Positions 1 through 13,357 of a DNA stretch of 64,000 bases are shown piece after piece. The stretch lies in NCBI GenBank assembly GCA_965208835.1, contig OZ242358.1:3968001-4032000 (forward strand). The letters run 5' to 3'. The position numbers were made by a program, and so were the translations under genes. The notes below the pieces were generated by a model. It was not told the DNA's origin. It saw only the letters and a program-made list of their open reading frames with translations, and did not search any database. The stretch's first letter is position 1. Every line of letters begins with the position of its first letter. The DNA comes from Candidatus Latescibacterota bacterium. GTDB taxonomy: Bacteria; Latescibacterota; UBA2968; GCA-2709665.

Positions 1-1817
<1,817 letters not shown>

Positions 1818-1838
1818 ACGACTGCAAGACTCCAGGAG

Positions 1839-3287
1839 TCAAGCCACGAGTCCCGCAAGCTCCTTTTCGAATTCGGTGATCTGCCGCAGGTTCTCGAGGA
1901 ACCACGGGTCGATGCCCGTCAGGTCGTAAAGTTCGGATAGGGGCCATCCCGCTTCAAGCGCGGCCTTGAGATAGAACAGTCTCTGAGAATTGGGTACTCT
2001 CAGCCGGTGTTCGATCACGGCGCGGTCGAGATCGGCCACTGCCAGGTCCTTCCCGTCGGCTCCGAATCCGGCGCGGCCGATTTCGAGGGAACGCAGGCCC
2101 TTCTGAAAGGCCTCCTTGAACGTCCGGCCGATGGCCATGGTTTCGCCCACCGACTTCATCTGGGTGCCAAGGAGGTCTTCCGTCTGGGGGAACTTCTCGA
2201 AGGTCCATCGCGGAATCTTGACCACGCAGTAGTCGATGGTCGGCTCGAATGAAGCGGGCGTTTCACGCGTGATGTCATTCCGGATTTCATCCAGGGTATA
2301 TCCCACGGCGAGTTTGGCGGCGATCTTCGCGATGGGGAACCCCGTGGCCTTCGAGGCCAGCGCGGAACTCCGGGACACCCGCGGGTTCATTTCGATGATG
2401 ACGATACGTCCGTCCCGCGGATTCAGCGCGAACTGAATATTGGATCCGCCCGTCTCCACGCCGATTTCCCGGATAACGGCGATAGAAGCGTCCCGCATGG
2501 CCTGATACTCCTTGTCGGTCAGGGTCTGCGCCGGCGCGACTGTAATGGAGTCGCCGGTATGGACGCCCATGGGATCGAAATTCTCGATGGAACAGATGAT
2601 GACCACATTGTCCTTCAAGTCGCGCATAACCTCCAGCTCGAACTCTTTCCACCCGATAATGGACTCTTCGACCAGGATCTCCGTGGTGGGCGAGAGTTCC
2701 AGCCCCCGCATCGCGAGATGTTCATATTCTTCCGCGTTGTATGCCGTGCCCCCGCCGGTGCCTCCAAGCGTATAGGACGGTCGAATAATGGCGGGATAGC
2801 CTATTTCGCCGATAATTTCCCGGGCTTCTTCGGCGCTGCGCGCAAATCTCCCCTTCGGAAACTTGACGCCGATATCGGCCATCGCGGCCTGGAAGCGTTC
2901 TCTGTTTTCGGCCTTCTCGATGGCTTCGGCATTCGCACCGATCATCTCCACGTTGAATTCATCGAGGACCCCGCTGTTGTAGAGCTCCATGGCCACGTTC
3001 AGTCCGGTCTGTCCGCCCAGCGTGGGTAGAAGCGCATCGGGACGCTCCCTTTCGATAATGGCCGCGCACACCTCCGGCGCGACCGGTTCCACGTAGGTCC
3101 GGTCCGCCATTTCGGGATCGGTCATGATCGTGGCCGGATTGCTGTTCAACAGGACAACCGAATATCCCTCTTCCTTGAGGGCCTTGCATGCCTGCGCGCC
3201 GGAGTAGTCGAACTCACACGCCTGGCCGATGATGATCGGCCCGGAACCGATGAGCATGATTTTCCGGATGTCGTTGCGTCTTGGCAT
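1839..3287 (-). CDS. carB: Carbamoyl-phosphate synthase large subunit, N-terminal section (482 aa)
   Basis: [56 protein letters not shown]; ends at TGA 1839-1841. Confidence 0.95.
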   Translation of the reverse strand: MPRRNDIRKIMLIGSGPIIIGQACEFDYSGAQACKALKEEGYSVVLLNSNPATIMTDPEMADRTYVEPVAPEVCAAIIERERPDALLPTLGGQTGLNVAMELYNSGVLDEFNVEMIGANAEAIEKAENRERFQAAMADIGVKFPKGRFARSAEEAREIIGEIGYPAIIRPSYTLGGTGGGTAYNAEEYEHLAMRGLELSPTTEILVEESIIGWKEFELEVMRDLKDNVVIICSIENFDPMGVHTGDSITVAPAQTLTDKEYQAMRDASIAVIREIGVETGGSNIQFALNPRDGRIVIIEMNPRVSRSSALASKATGFPIAKIAAKLAVGYTLDEIRNDITRETPASFEPTIDYCVVKIPRWTFEKFPQTEDLLGTQMKSVGETMAIGRTFKEAFQKGLRSLEIGRAGFGADGKDLAVADLDRAVIEHRLRVPNSQRLFYLKAALEAGWPLSELYDLTGIDPWFLENLRQITEFEKELAGLVA

Positions 3288-3471
3288 AAGTGCGGGAAAG
3301 GTCTCCGTCTATGAAATGGATGCGATGATCGTTGGACTTAGAAAAAAACCTGCGGCTGTCCTTGTAAAAGGGGGATGCTCGCAGGCGGTGCGGATCGGTA
3401 TGGCGGTGCAGTGTTCTGTTCCGGAAATAAGTTGCCGAATGGTGAGGTATTTCCGGGACAGGACACAAGAC

Positions 3472-3999
3472 TCAGACATTTTGCAGCAGGACCAGGTAGA
3501 CCAGCAGGAGTATCAGGAGCAGCGTGACCGCAAAGCATGCTTTCAGGAAAAAGTCCTTTGCCCTGTTCCGGGGCGCGTTGACGCCGATGGGCAGCGAAGG
3601 TGCGGACGGTTCCGGAAGCGACCCCGAAAACCGCTCCTGTTCGATGAGCTGCTCCAATTTTGGATCGCACTCACGGATGACCCTGAGGATGAGGCGCTTG
3701 TTTCGGGCCGCCCGCTCAGCGTACCGCCCCTTGAGTGACGGACGTGCGCCTGCATCGGGGATGAGAAGATCCGCGTCTTCCCTCGATCCGGAAGCGTCTT
3801 CAACCAGGCTGAGCGCCCTGGCCCTGGCGAGCTGTTCGGTGAGCCTGCGCGTTTGTTTCCTGTCGTGGACGTTTTCGCGGATTACCCTGCCGCAGATGCT
3901 CACGAAGCGTTCCATGTCCGCCCGGATCTCACCTTCCGTAAGACCGGAGAGATAGGACTCCTCGATCATCTCGTCGATGCTTTCGCGGATATCCGGCAT
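3472..3999 (-). CDS. Hypothetical protein with C-terminal membrane anchor
   Basis: 175 aa ORF co-oriented between nnr and carB; hydrophobic C-terminus FAVTLLLILLLVYLVLL. Confidence 0.6.
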   Translation of the reverse strand: MPDIRESIDEMIEESYLSGLTEGEIRADMERFVSICGRVIRENVHDRKQTRRLTEQLARARALSLVEDASGSREDADLLIPDAGARPSLKGRYAERAARNKRLILRVIRECDPKLEQLIEQERFSGSLPEPSAPSLPIGVNAPRNRAKDFFLKACFAVTLLLILLLVYLVLLQNV

Positions 4000-4015
4000 G
4001 GTCTGGTTCTCAGTT

Positions 4016-4120
4016 AAGCAGTCCGTCCAAAAAGTCCATCCGGGCTGCGTCCGGCTCTCGTGGCCGAAATACTGCGTTGCGCGCCCTCGTCTTCAGAGCG
4101 ACTTTATCAACGAACTGTTA
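4016..4120. mobile_element. MITE-like element, internally deleted copy of the 40988-41153 element
   Basis: Shares AAAAAGTCCATCCGGGCT...GAAATACTGCGTTG...CAGAGCGACTTTATCAACGAACTG with the 41 kb copy; imperfect terminal inverted repeats. Confidence 0.7.
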
Positions 4121-5720
4121 ACGCATGAAATTGAATGTATCGGTCTTTGGCCGCGTCTGTTTCGATAACGCGGCGGGCCGTCGGCAACGCGGCAGCAATG
4201 TCGCCAGCAATCAGTCCGGCCTTGGCCGCGCGTTCCACGCACAGATCTCCGGCCAGGCCGTGCATATAGACTCCCAGGCAAGCCGCAGTTTCCGGGTCCA
4301 GGCCCTGGCCGATCAGCGCCGCGATAATTCCGGTAAGCACGTCTCCGGAGCCGCCCGAGGCCATGCCGGCATTCCCGCTGGGATTGACGTACGTGAGTCC
4401 GCCGGGTACGGCCACAACGGTCGGCGCGCCCTTCAGGACAACGATAACACCGGCCTGGTCAGCGAGTGTCTGGGCCGAGCCGATGGGATCCGAACGAATG
4501 GCCTCTGCGCCGAGACCGGCGAGACGCGCGAATTCGCCCGGGTGCGGCGTGACGACGGTTGGCGCTGACCGCATTTTCAGGCATTCCGGCGCTCCGGCAA
4601 GCGCGTTGATTCCGTCGGCGTCCAGAACGAGCGGGGCCTGGATATCTTGAACGATCCGCCGGACCAGCTCCACGGTTTCCCGATGGGTGCCCAGGCCAGG
4701 TCCCATCGCCACACAGTCGGCCTCCGCGACCAGTCTCCGTATGTCGCCTCGGGCACGAAGGGCGAGGCATCGGGGTTTCCGAACCTCGGGAAGCGGATGG
4801 GTCATCGCCTCCGTGAGCTTGACCTCGAGAATATCGTTCAGGCTCTCGGGAATGCCGACCCGAACCAGGCCGGCGCCGGACCTTAGCGCACCCTGCGCCG
4901 AAAGCACGGCCGCTCCCGTGAAACCCATCGATCCGGCGAGGATGACCACCCGGCCGCAATCACCCTTGTGGGCGTCTGGCGGTCGTTGAGTCAGAAGCGC
5001 CGCGCCTCCGTGAGCCGCGGCGAGTTGAACGTTGACCTCTTCGGCGTTAACCGCCGCTCGGGGCAGTCCGATGTCTACGCAATGAAGTGTTCCGCAAAGG
5101 GCCCGGCCCGGAAAGCGAAACTGCCCGATTTTGGGAAGTCCGAAGGTAACCGTGCGCGTTGCAGCGGCGCAGGGCCCGTCCGCACGGCCCGTGTCGGCAT
5201 CCAGGCCGGACGGGACGTCTACGGCCAGGATGGGACAGGCAGCGTCCCTGAGCGTATCGATCGCGCCCGCGACAATCCCGCGGGGGCCGCCCCGAATCCC
5301 GGTACCAAGTAGGGCGTCTACCGCCGCCGACGCGTCATCAAGTGCGGACCTGATTCGTTCAAGGTCTTTAGTTTCAATGATTTCTTCGACTTCAAGGCCG
5401 TTCTTGCGCACCCGATCCAGGTGGTGGCGCGCATCGCCCGTGACCTGGTCTTCCGGCGCCAGCAAAAAGGCGGAAACCGAAGCGCCGGCAGATGCCGCGA
5501 GATCCGCGATAACGAACCCGTCACCGCCGTTGTTGCCCTTGCCGCAGAGTACGACGATTTTTTTGCCCGGAAAACCACCGACGAGATCGCTGAGTACCCG
5601 GCCGGCGCCGCGCCCGGCATTCTCCATCAGCCGGATGCCGGAAACCCCACGTTCGATGGCTCCGCGGTCGATGCGGGCCATCTGCGCGCCGGTTACGAGC
5701 CTGGCATGGACCTGGGGCAC
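4107..5720 (-). CDS. nnr: Bifunctional NAD(P)H-hydrate epimerase/dehydratase (NnrE-NnrD)
   Basis: LMENAG, CGKGNNGGDG, VDALLGTG, DVPSG, HKGDCG, DADG, TPHPGE, LKGA, GGSGDVLTG; GTG start after GGAGG. Confidence 0.93.
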   Translation of the reverse strand: MPQVHARLVTGAQMARIDRGAIERGVSGIRLMENAGRGAGRVLSDLVGGFPGKKIVVLCGKGNNGGDGFVIADLAASAGASVSAFLLAPEDQVTGDARHHLDRVRKNGLEVEEIIETKDLERIRSALDDASAAVDALLGTGIRGGPRGIVAGAIDTLRDAACPILAVDVPSGLDADTGRADGPCAAATRTVTFGLPKIGQFRFPGRALCGTLHCVDIGLPRAAVNAEEVNVQLAAAHGGAALLTQRPPDAHKGDCGRVVILAGSMGFTGAAVLSAQGALRSGAGLVRVGIPESLNDILEVKLTEAMTHPLPEVRKPRCLALRARGDIRRLVAEADCVAMGPGLGTHRETVELVRRIVQDIQAPLVLDADGINALAGAPECLKMRSAPTVVTPHPGEFARLAGLGAEAIRSDPIGSAQTLADQAGVIVVLKGAPTVVAVPGGLTYVNPSGNAGMASGGSGDVLTGIIAALIGQGLDPETAACLGVYMHGLAGDLCVERAAKAGLIAGDIAAALPTARRVIETDAAKDRYIQFHALTVR

Positions 5721-5821
5721 CGGGCCTCCGTGGGGTGCTGTCTGAAAACCCGCAACGGTCATCGTGCGGCAGCAGGCGCCGGCAGAATCCGGACCACCCG
5801 AGGACGCCTGAAACTTGCCCA

Positions 5822-5986
5822 AGAAGCCGTTTTAAAATTACCGGTGAGTTCCCGAGCACGAGCGAAAAAGTGGCGGTCAAGGCGGGAAAACTCACCCCTA
5901 TTTTTCTTATACGGGTGGGTTTGACCAACGCCGACCGGCGCTTTTGCAGCCGTGCGAAGACCGCTGGGAATTTTAAGACGGCTTCT
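5822..5986. mobile_element. MITE-like element (~165 bp) with 18-bp terminal inverted repeats
   Basis: AGAAGCCGTTTTAAAATT ... AATTTTAAGACGGCTTCT, non-coding interior. Confidence 0.65.
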
Positions 5987-6120
5987 AATGATACAGGAAT
6001 CACCGGGGCGGCGCAACCTCAATTTTGCACTGCTGAAACCGGCCGGAAGAGAGGGTCCGAACAGCCGTAAACGTGAATGACCGGTCTGCCGCGCGACAGA
6101 TGTTTCGAGAGACAAATGCC

Positions 6121-6148
6121 TTGACAGAAAGCACCCGTTTTCTATAGT
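6121..6148 (+). promoter_or_regulatory. Sigma70-type promoter for the tRNA-Ser genes
   Basis: TTGACA-16 nt-TATAGT, ~47 nt upstream of the tRNA. Confidence 0.6.
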
Positions 6149-6194
6149 TTTTCCGCAGGACCGCCGCAGATATCAGGCCTGTAATCAACGCGAC

Positions 6195-6283
6195 GGTGGG
6201 GTGACGGAGTGGTCGAACGTGGCGGTCTTGAAAACCGTTGATCCTTACCGGATCCGTGGGTTCGAATCCCACCCCCACCGCCA
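6195..6283 (+). tRNA. tRNA-Ser(TGA)
   Basis: GGTGGGG/CCCCACC acceptor stem, anticodon loop CTTGAAA, long variable arm, GGTTCGAATCC, encoded CCA. Confidence 0.95.
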
Positions 6284-6440
6284 AAACAGCGACACGGCTC
6301 GTGGTTCATCATTTCAGCCATGCCTCCCGAAAGAAGGGAGACTGTTTTTCGCGGATTCAGCGTCGGGTCCGAATTCGCAGGTTTTCCTTGATTTTACAGG
6401 CCCGTTTTGGTAGTATTAGATTCCTTTGAATCCATTTTTC

Positions 6441-6533
<93 letters not shown>

Positions 6534-6543
6534 ACAAAAAGCG

Positions 6544-6765
6544 GTGAGAGGCAAGAGGTAAGACGGTAGAGGGCCACACCCCCGCCCCAATGGTTTTGCG
6601 ACTTTTCCTACGTCCTGTTTCTCTCGTCTGGTTGCCAACCGCCGATTGCATGTAGCTACCACTTCAACGCCGGCACGTGGACGATTCGCAAGACACTCAC
6701 TACCAACACAACATCGGCGTGGACATCTGTGTTCTCGTCTCACGTCTTACCTCTCACGTCTCACC
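6544..6765. repeat. Inverted heptamer-like short repeats (GTGAGAG/GTAAGAC ... GTCTTAC/CTCTCAC)
   Basis: gtgagaggcaagaggtaagacg at 6544 and tctcacgtcttacctctcacgtctcacc near 6738-6765. Confidence 0.45.
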
Positions 6766-6772
6766 GATTTTA

Positions 6773-8212
6773 ATGACCGAACCCGTTCTTCGATTTGCGC
6801 CCTCGCCCACAGGCGGATTTCACGTGGGCAACGCCCGTACGGCGCTGTTCAACTTTCTCTATACCCGGCATTACGGCGGACGGCTGCATCTGCGCATTGA
6901 AGATACAGATCGCGACCGGTCCACTGACGCCGCCCTCAAGACCATCCTGGACGGACTGGACTGGCTGGGGATTGCTTTTCACGGCCAGCCGATATTTCAG
7001 TCCCGAAACGCGGCGGCGCACCGCAATACGGTTGACCGGCTGCTGGAAACCGGACACGCGTATTACGCCTATGAGACCCCGGAAGAAGTGCGAGCCCTGC
7101 AGCAGCAGGCGCAGCGGGAGGGGCGGCGGGTTCAGTACAACAGGGATCTGACATCGGAACAACGCCAGGCATTCGAGGCCGAGGGTCGGCCGAAGACGGT
7201 ACGCTTCAGGGTTCCTGAGGGCGAGACAGTCTGGCAGGACCCCATCAGGGGCACGCAGCGATGGGACAACGTCGAGGTTGAGGACTTCATCATCCTGCGG
7301 GCGGACGGGTCCCCGATTTACCATCTGGCGGTGGTCGTCGACGACCACGACCTGGGCGTGACGCTGGTGATCCGGGGAGCGGAACACCTTTCCAATACGC
7401 CCAAGCAGGTGATGCTGTTTCAGGCGCTTGGATGGACCGCCCCGGCGTACGCGCACACGACGTTGCTGATGGGGACGGACGGGAGAAAGCTGAGCAAGCG
7501 CCTTGGCGCGACGACCGTCACGGAATACCGGCAGCAGGGCATCCTGCCCGAGGCGTTGTTCAACTTTCTGGCGCTTCAGGGCTGGTCTCCCCGGGACGAC
7601 AGGGAGGTCTTCACAAGAGACGAATTGATCGAGGCGTTTTCCGTTGAAGGAATGCTCAGGAAGAACGCGGTATTCGACGAGCGGAAGCTGGCGTGGCTGA
7701 ACGGCGAACACCTAAGGCTGAAGCCGGTTTCCGAACTCTTGCGGGCGGCGCTGGATCTGTGGATTGACACGGGATGGATTGCGGCGGAAGATGCGGAAAC
7801 CCGACGCGGGAGCCTGCTCAGGGCCGTAAAACTGATGCAGCCTCGCATTCAGACCGTGCGGGATTTTCTGAATTTCGAGTACTTTTTCAATGATCCGCGA
7901 TCATACGAGGAAAAGGCCCGAAAGAAACACTGGAAGGTGGACAGTCCCTCCCGGCTGGAGCTGCTTATCGCAAGGCTGGAGGCCCTGTCCGACTTCAGCG
8001 AACGGGAAATCGAAGGCGCCACGCGAACGCTGTCCGGGCAACTGGGTATCTCCACCGGAAAGCTGATCCATCCCACCCGTCTCGTACTCAGCGGCACGAA
8101 CGTCGGACCCGGCCTGTTCGAAATGATGGATGTTCTGGGACAGGAAACCTGTATCCGGCGTATGAAAGCCGGTTTGGAACGGCTGGGTCGAAAGGAGACC
8201 GTCACCCGATAG
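6773..8212 (+). CDS. gltX: Glutamate--tRNA ligase
   Basis: RFAPSPTG, HVGN (HIGH-like), LRIEDTD, IRGAEH, KLSKR; ATG at 6773. Confidence 0.95.
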   Translation: MTEPVLRFAPSPTGGFHVGNARTALFNFLYTRHYGGRLHLRIEDTDRDRSTDAALKTILDGLDWLGIAFHGQPIFQSRNAAAHRNTVDRLLETGHAYYAYETPEEVRALQQQAQREGRRVQYNRDLTSEQRQAFEAEGRPKTVRFRVPEGETVWQDPIRGTQRWDNVEVEDFIILRADGSPIYHLAVVVDDHDLGVTLVIRGAEHLSNTPKQVMLFQALGWTAPAYAHTTLLMGTDGRKLSKRLGATTVTEYRQQGILPEALFNFLALQGWSPRDDREVFTRDELIEAFSVEGMLRKNAVFDERKLAWLNGEHLRLKPVSELLRAALDLWIDTGWIAAEDAETRRGSLLRAVKLMQPRIQTVRDFLNFEYFFNDPRSYEEKARKKHWKVDSPSRLELLIARLEALSDFSEREIEGATRTLSGQLGISTGKLIHPTRLVLSGTNVGPGLFEMMDVLGQETCIRRMKAGLERLGRKETVTR

Positions 8213-8239
8213 ACCGACAATAGGCAAAACCGATATGGC

Positions 8240-8313
8240 TGCCCCCTCGTCTAATGGCAAGACATGCGGCTCTGGACCGTAGTATCGGGGTTCGAATCCC
8301 TGGGGGGCAGCCA
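8240..8313 (+). tRNA. tRNA-Gln(CTG)
   Basis: TGCCCCC/GGGGGCA acceptor stem, anticodon loop CTCTGGA, GGTTCGAATCC, CCA. Confidence 0.95.
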
Positions 8314-8429
8314 AATTTTTGTCTTTAACGGCGACAGGTGCTTTGAATATCATTCCCTCCCGCAAGGAAAAATGAAAAAATCGGGAGTCAAATACGATAG
8401 CTTAGACCTGTATATTTGATGGTCATGGA

Positions 8430-9377
8430 ATGAACATACCCTTCGCGCAGGCCCTCGAGGTTGGCGATTTTTGCGCGATTCAGCGCGCGCCGAAAGCCGA
8501 CTTCCACCGCCACGCCTTCTTCGGAACGCGAATCGAGAATGTGGAGCGCTGGCTCGGTTACCCGCTGGAACGGCCGGCTTTTCCCATGCCCGGCCTTAAG
8601 GCCATGGATGACTACGCCGCCAGAGTCCTGGGGCCCCACATCAGTTCGCGAGAGGCCTTTGAATTTACGGCGGCGGCGGCGATCGGCGACGCGATTGAAG
8701 ACGGCGTCCGATGCCTTGAGATGAGCTTCGACGTGCGGTCTGTCAGCCACTTCGAGGGCGGTTTCGCGGAATTCGCGACCACCATCCAGAACTTGACGGA
8801 GCGATTTCGCGACCGGATCGATCTCAGGCCGGAGCTCGGCATCCCGCGTGAGATTGTCGGTGACAGGGAGATGGTCCGTCGCATCCACGCGGGAATCGAG
8901 TCCGGCGTCTTCCTGTCGATCGACCTCTATGCCGACGAAAACGCGTGTTCGGTCGACGCCGTGATTCCCATCTACAGGAATGCAAGTTCAGCCGGAATGA
9001 AATTGAAGGCGCATGTTGGCGAATTTGGCGGGGCCGAACGCGTACGGGAGACGACGGAAGTCCTGGAGCTGGACGAGATACAACACGGCATCGCGGCAGC
9101 TGAATCGCCCGGAGTGATGCATTGGTTGTCAAAAAACCGGATTCGACTTCACGTCTGCCCGTCCAGCAATGTCATGCTGGGCGCCGTGGACTCGCTCCCG
9201 TCGCACCCGATCCGCGTACTCTTCGATCATGGCGTGGAAGTGACCGTAAATACAGACGACCCGATGATCTTCGGGCAGAGCGTCTCGCAGGAATACCTCA
9301 ATCTCTACCAGGCGAAGGTCTTCAGCGCCGACGAACTGGACGAGATTCGAGCCACGTCTCTCGCCACACGATCCTGA
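8430..9377 (+). CDS. Adenosine/adenine deaminase family protein
   Basis: PKADFHRH, HVGE, HG, CPSSN, VNTDDP motifs. Confidence 0.85.
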   Translation: MNIPFAQALEVGDFCAIQRAPKADFHRHAFFGTRIENVERWLGYPLERPAFPMPGLKAMDDYAARVLGPHISSREAFEFTAAAAIGDAIEDGVRCLEMSFDVRSVSHFEGGFAEFATTIQNLTERFRDRIDLRPELGIPREIVGDREMVRRIHAGIESGVFLSIDLYADENACSVDAVIPIYRNASSAGMKLKAHVGEFGGAERVRETTEVLELDEIQHGIAAAESPGVMHWLSKNRIRLHVCPSSNVMLGAVDSLPSHPIRVLFDHGVEVTVNTDDPMIFGQSVSQEYLNLYQAKVFSADELDEIRATSLATRS

Positions 9378-9489
9378 CGGGCTACCGTCGGGTTTACGCA
9401 AGCGGACACGCATTCATCCCGTCAAAGGCCGGCATTGCCTGCGTAACACGGACTGCGGTGGCAGCGGGGTCAGAGAACGGAGAAAAACA

Positions 9490-10470
9490 ATGCGAGAAAT
9501 CGTGATGTTCGGCGGCACGGCGCATCCGGAGCTGGCGGAGAACATCTGCAGCCACCTCGGTGCAGCCCGCAGCCGCAGCACGCTGAATCAGTTCAGCAAC
9601 GGATGCTTCCAGGTGCAACTCGAGGCCAACTGCCGGGAGGCCGACGTCTTTCTCATACAACCGATGGTGATGCCGGTTCACGACCATCTGATGGAACTGT
9701 TGCAGATGCTTGACGCCGCCAGGGGCGCATCGGCGGCGCGTACGACGGCCGTGATCCCCTATTTCGGCTATGCGCGATCGGACAAGAAGGACGCGCCCCG
9801 GATCTCAATTGCGGCCCGGCTCGTTGCGGACCTGCTTTGCACGGCCGGCGCCAGCCGCGTGCTCACCATGACGCTGCACGCGGCCCAGGTGCACGGCTTC
9901 TTCAGCGTACCTGTGGACCACCTCAACGCGCTCCACATTTTAGCCGGCCACTTTCAGGGTCGCGACCTTGAGAATACCGTGGTGGTGTCGCCTGACCTTG
10001 GACGGGCTAAAGAAGCCGCCCACTTCGCCAGGATGCTGGGGCTGCCCGTGGCCGCGGGCAGCAAGCGCCGGATCAGCGACCGGGAGGTCGTTATCGACGC
10101 GATTGTAGGCGACGTCAACGGCAAACGCGTGATCGTCCTGGACGATGAGATCGCCACCGGCGGTACGATTGTCGAATTGATCCGCCGTCTACGCGAGCGG
10201 AGAGTTAACCAGATCACCATCACCTGCACACACGGACTCTTTTCGAGCAATGACCTCGAGCGATTCTGCGCATTGGACGAAGTCCGGGAGGTCGTGACGA
10301 CGGATACGGTGCCCCGGTCCGCGGCGATTCAGTCGCACGAGAAACTGACGACTTTGTCCGTGGCGCCCCTGCTTGCCGAAGCCATTCGCAGGATTCACAA
10401 CGGCGAGTCGGTCAGCAGCCTGTTCACCGAACCCGAATGGATCGCGGAAGACGAATCCGGGAGCGCGTAA
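9490..10470 (+). CDS. prs: Ribose-phosphate pyrophosphokinase
   Basis: IPYFGYARSDKK, VVSPDLG, LDDEIATGGT, CTHGLFS, AEAIRRIH. Confidence 0.93.
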   Translation: MREIVMFGGTAHPELAENICSHLGAARSRSTLNQFSNGCFQVQLEANCREADVFLIQPMVMPVHDHLMELLQMLDAARGASAARTTAVIPYFGYARSDKKDAPRISIAARLVADLLCTAGASRVLTMTLHAAQVHGFFSVPVDHLNALHILAGHFQGRDLENTVVVSPDLGRAKEAAHFARMLGLPVAAGSKRRISDREVVIDAIVGDVNGKRVIVLDDEIATGGTIVELIRRLRERRVNQITITCTHGLFSSNDLERFCALDEVREVVTTDTVPRSAAIQSHEKLTTLSVAPLLAEAIRRIHNGESVSSLFTEPEWIAEDESGSA

Positions 10471-10555
10471 GGAATTGTTGAAGGCATCCCGTGTGCGGGA
10501 CAGCGGGACGGCAAGTCGTTCTGCGCGAAATCGAAGATTGAATAACGAGGCGAGG

Positions 10556-10640
10556 TCATTGAGCTTGTCGAAATGCCCGCGTTCCACTATCCCCAAGGAG
10601 CCAATCGACATCCCTTCGCCGACCCTTCGACAAGCTCAGG
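10556..10640. repeat. REP-like inverted repeat (TGAGCTTGTCGAA ... TTCGACAAGCTCA)
   Basis: 13-bp perfect inverted repeat in the prs-glnS intergenic region. Confidence 0.55.
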
Positions 10641-10807
10641 GAGCGGCTCAGGGCTGATGCGCTGGTTCCTTTGCGTGTCGAAGGCGTTGTCCTGTGCTTG
10701 TCGACGGAGTACGAGCCGGGCGATTCGACGGCCGAAATCAGGCAACCCATTCGTGGGACAGAAAACTTGGTGTCGTTTAATTCTCTCTCTCATTCGAGGT
10801 ATTACCC

Positions 10808-12538
10808 ATGAACGAAGCCGACGGCAGCCGATCTGACGCCGAAGACGAAGTCGCTTCCGATTTTATCCGTGATGCCATTCGGGAGGACCTCGCCGACGGC
10901 CGGTACAGTGGCGTGATGACTCGTTTTCCCCCCGAGCCGAACGGGCATCTGCACATCGGCCACGCCAAGGCGATCTGTCTCAATTTCTGGGTTGCCGAGG
11001 AATTCGGCGGCGTCTGCAATCTCCGCTTTGATGACACGGACCCCGCCAAGGAAGAGGCCAGATATGTCGACGGAATCCAGCGGGATATCCGATGGCTGGG
11101 GTTTGACTGGGAGGACCGCCTCTATTTTGCCTCCGACTACTTCGAACAGCTCTACGAATTCGCCGTCAAATTGATCGAAAAGCGCAAAGCCTACGTGTGC
11201 GATTTGAACACGGCCGCGACCCGTACGTACCGGGGGTCGGTGACCTCACCGGGAAGAGAAAGCCCGTATCGAAACCGGTCCATCGACGAGAACCTGGACC
11301 TGTTTGCGCGGATGAGAGCCGGTGAATTTCAGGATGGCACGCGAACCCTGAGGGCGAAGATCGATATGGCGTCGCCCAACATGAACATGCGCGATCCAGT
11401 GATGTTTCGCATCCTCCGGGCGTCTCACTACCGCCGGGGAAACGCGTGGTGCATCTATCCGATGTACGATTTCACCCACGGGCAGTCGGACGCGATCGAG
11501 GGGGTTTCGCATTCCCTGTGTTCGCAGGAATTCGAAGACCACCGCCCCCTTTATGACTGGTATATCCGGGAGCTCGGGATTTTCCCTTCGCGTCAGATCG
11601 AATTTCCAAAGCTGTTCGTCACGCATACGGTGGTGGGAAAACGACATCTGCGGCCATTGATCGAAAAAGGGCTGCTGGCCGGATGGGACGATCCCAGGCT
11701 GATCACGCTATCGGGACTTCGGCGCAGGGGCGTGCCTCCTGAGGCGATTCGGAATTTCATCCGCCGCGTGGGAATGTCCAAACGAGATACAACTGCGGAG
11801 ATTGATCTCCTGGAGTTTCACATCAGGGACTATCTGAATCAGCATGCGCCCCGAGCAATGGGCGTAATCGATCCGCTCAAAGTGGTCATCGAGAATTACC
11901 CCGAAGACATGGAAGAAACGTTCGAGGCGCAGATCAATCCGGAAGACCCGTCGGCCGGGACGCGCACGGTGCCGTTTTCACGGGTGGTCTACATCGAGCG
12001 GGAGGATTTCATGGAGGACCCGCCCCGAAGATTCCGCCGCCTTGCGCCGGGGCGGGAGGTCAGGCTCCGCGCGGCCTGTTATATCACCTGCACGGACGTC
12101 GTGAAGGACGTGGATGGAAACGTCGTTGAACTTCGATGCACGTTCGACCCAGAGAGTCGGGGCGGGTCGACACCTGACGGCCGCAGGGTCCGAGGTACCA
12201 TCCACTGGGTGTCCGCCGCACACGCGGTTGAGGCGGAGGTGCGCCTGTACGATCGGCTGTTCAACGCGGAGAATCCGATGGAGGTTGCCGAAAGCGGGGA
12301 CATCAGCGAAACGGTGAACCCGAAATCTCTGGAGGTGCGGCCGAGCTGTTTTGTGGAGTCCACGGTCAAGGACGCGGAACCCGGTGCCCAGTTTCAATTC
12401 GAACGATTGGGATATTTCTGCGTGGACCCGGATTCGACGCCCGATAAGCTCGTTTTCAACCGCACGATGACGCTGCGCGATACCTGGGCCCGGATGCAGA
12501 AGAGAGGGAATCCGCCCAGGGCGACGCGTGGTGGTTGA
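10808..12538 (+). CDS. glnS: Glutamine--tRNA ligase
   Basis: [44 protein letters not shown]. Confidence 0.95.
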   Translation: MNEADGSRSDAEDEVASDFIRDAIREDLADGRYSGVMTRFPPEPNGHLHIGHAKAICLNFWVAEEFGGVCNLRFDDTDPAKEEARYVDGIQRDIRWLGFDWEDRLYFASDYFEQLYEFAVKLIEKRKAYVCDLNTAATRTYRGSVTSPGRESPYRNRSIDENLDLFARMRAGEFQDGTRTLRAKIDMASPNMNMRDPVMFRILRASHYRRGNAWCIYPMYDFTHGQSDAIEGVSHSLCSQEFEDHRPLYDWYIRELGIFPSRQIEFPKLFVTHTVVGKRHLRPLIEKGLLAGWDDPRLITLSGLRRRGVPPEAIRNFIRRVGMSKRDTTAEIDLLEFHIRDYLNQHAPRAMGVIDPLKVVIENYPEDMEETFEAQINPEDPSAGTRTVPFSRVVYIEREDFMEDPPRRFRRLAPGREVRLRAACYITCTDVVKDVDGNVVELRCTFDPESRGGSTPDGRRVRGTIHWVSAAHAVEAEVRLYDRLFNAENPMEVAESGDISETVNPKSLEVRPSCFVESTVKDAEPGAQFQFERLGYFCVDPDSTPDKLVFNRTMTLRDTWARMQKRGNPPRATRGG

Positions 12539-12608
12539 GGCGCCTTCGGATTGGACCAGCGATTCGCCGGACGGTTGAATCGATGAATATTGTGGACGGA
12601 AGCAATCA

Positions 12609-12643
12609 TGCCCGTACGGAAGACCGCACGGGCATCTTTGTTT
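12609..12643 (+). terminator. Probable intrinsic terminator after glnS
   Basis: TGCCCGT...ACGGGCA stem followed by TCTTTGTTT. Confidence 0.5.
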
Positions 12644-12677
12644 CAGGGATGGTTAGCGACTGACAATGTATAGGGTT

Positions 12678-13058
12678 TTATTTCGGCGGAGGCTCACCGT
12701 TTGTGTTGAAAGGCGGAGGCGTCTGGAATTGTGTCCCCCTTGCCGTTTCCTCAGCAATCCATTTTTCAACCTGTTGTTGCACCTCAAGACGGCCCTTTTC
12801 CACGCCCTTCTTTAAATTTCTCGCCTTTACCCATTCAGTTATTGCGCCCATTGCGTCAATTGCCTCCACAACAAAATACGCTGTCGTTACGGCCAGGACA
12901 CCTACGGCAATAAGGTCCTTTAGAAAGTCAAAGTTCCATTGCCATTCCCTAAATACCCAAATTCGAAATATCAATCCAACTGCACATAGCGCCAGAGAAA
13001 GAATCCGGAACCAGAGCCGTTCATCTTCCTTGACGCTCCAAATTGAAACCCACTCCAT
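12678..13058 (-). CDS. Hypothetical two-TM membrane protein in an AT-richer segment
   Basis: 126 aa, two hydrophobic helices then a charged tail; local GC visibly lower than the flanks. Confidence 0.55.
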   Translation of the reverse strand: MEWVSIWSVKEDERLWFRILSLALCAVGLIFRIWVFREWQWNFDFLKDLIAVGVLAVTTAYFVVEAIDAMGAITEWVKARNLKKGVEKGRLEVQQQVEKWIAEETARGTQFQTPPPFNTNGEPPPK

Positions 13059-13357
13059 CTATGCGTTTTTCACCTTCGATTTCCGCCGTTCAATGTCTGG
13101 CTGGCCGCACACACGAGAAAGTGCCTTCAAAAGATTTACGTACGTACACGGTAAAACGTCCGAGAATCTTGGTTTCGTTTCATCTAACCCGCCTGTTTGT
13201 CTTTTTCATTCTATTGTTCGACGTGACTCAGAAATCCTTCGATGGGTTAATTATATCCAACAAGAGTTCATCTTTCAAGAGATTTTTCTGATCGAACCAT
13301 TGTTTTTCTCAAGTCGGCACCTTGAAGACCGGAGCGGATACAGACGTCAGACACAGG

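Noticed and set aside
1839-1841. carB TGA as a selenocysteine codon
   Set aside because: It falls in a variable linker with no conserved Cys; the adjacent hairpin overlaps the stop rather than lying at SECIS distance; a restart ATG with RBS follows
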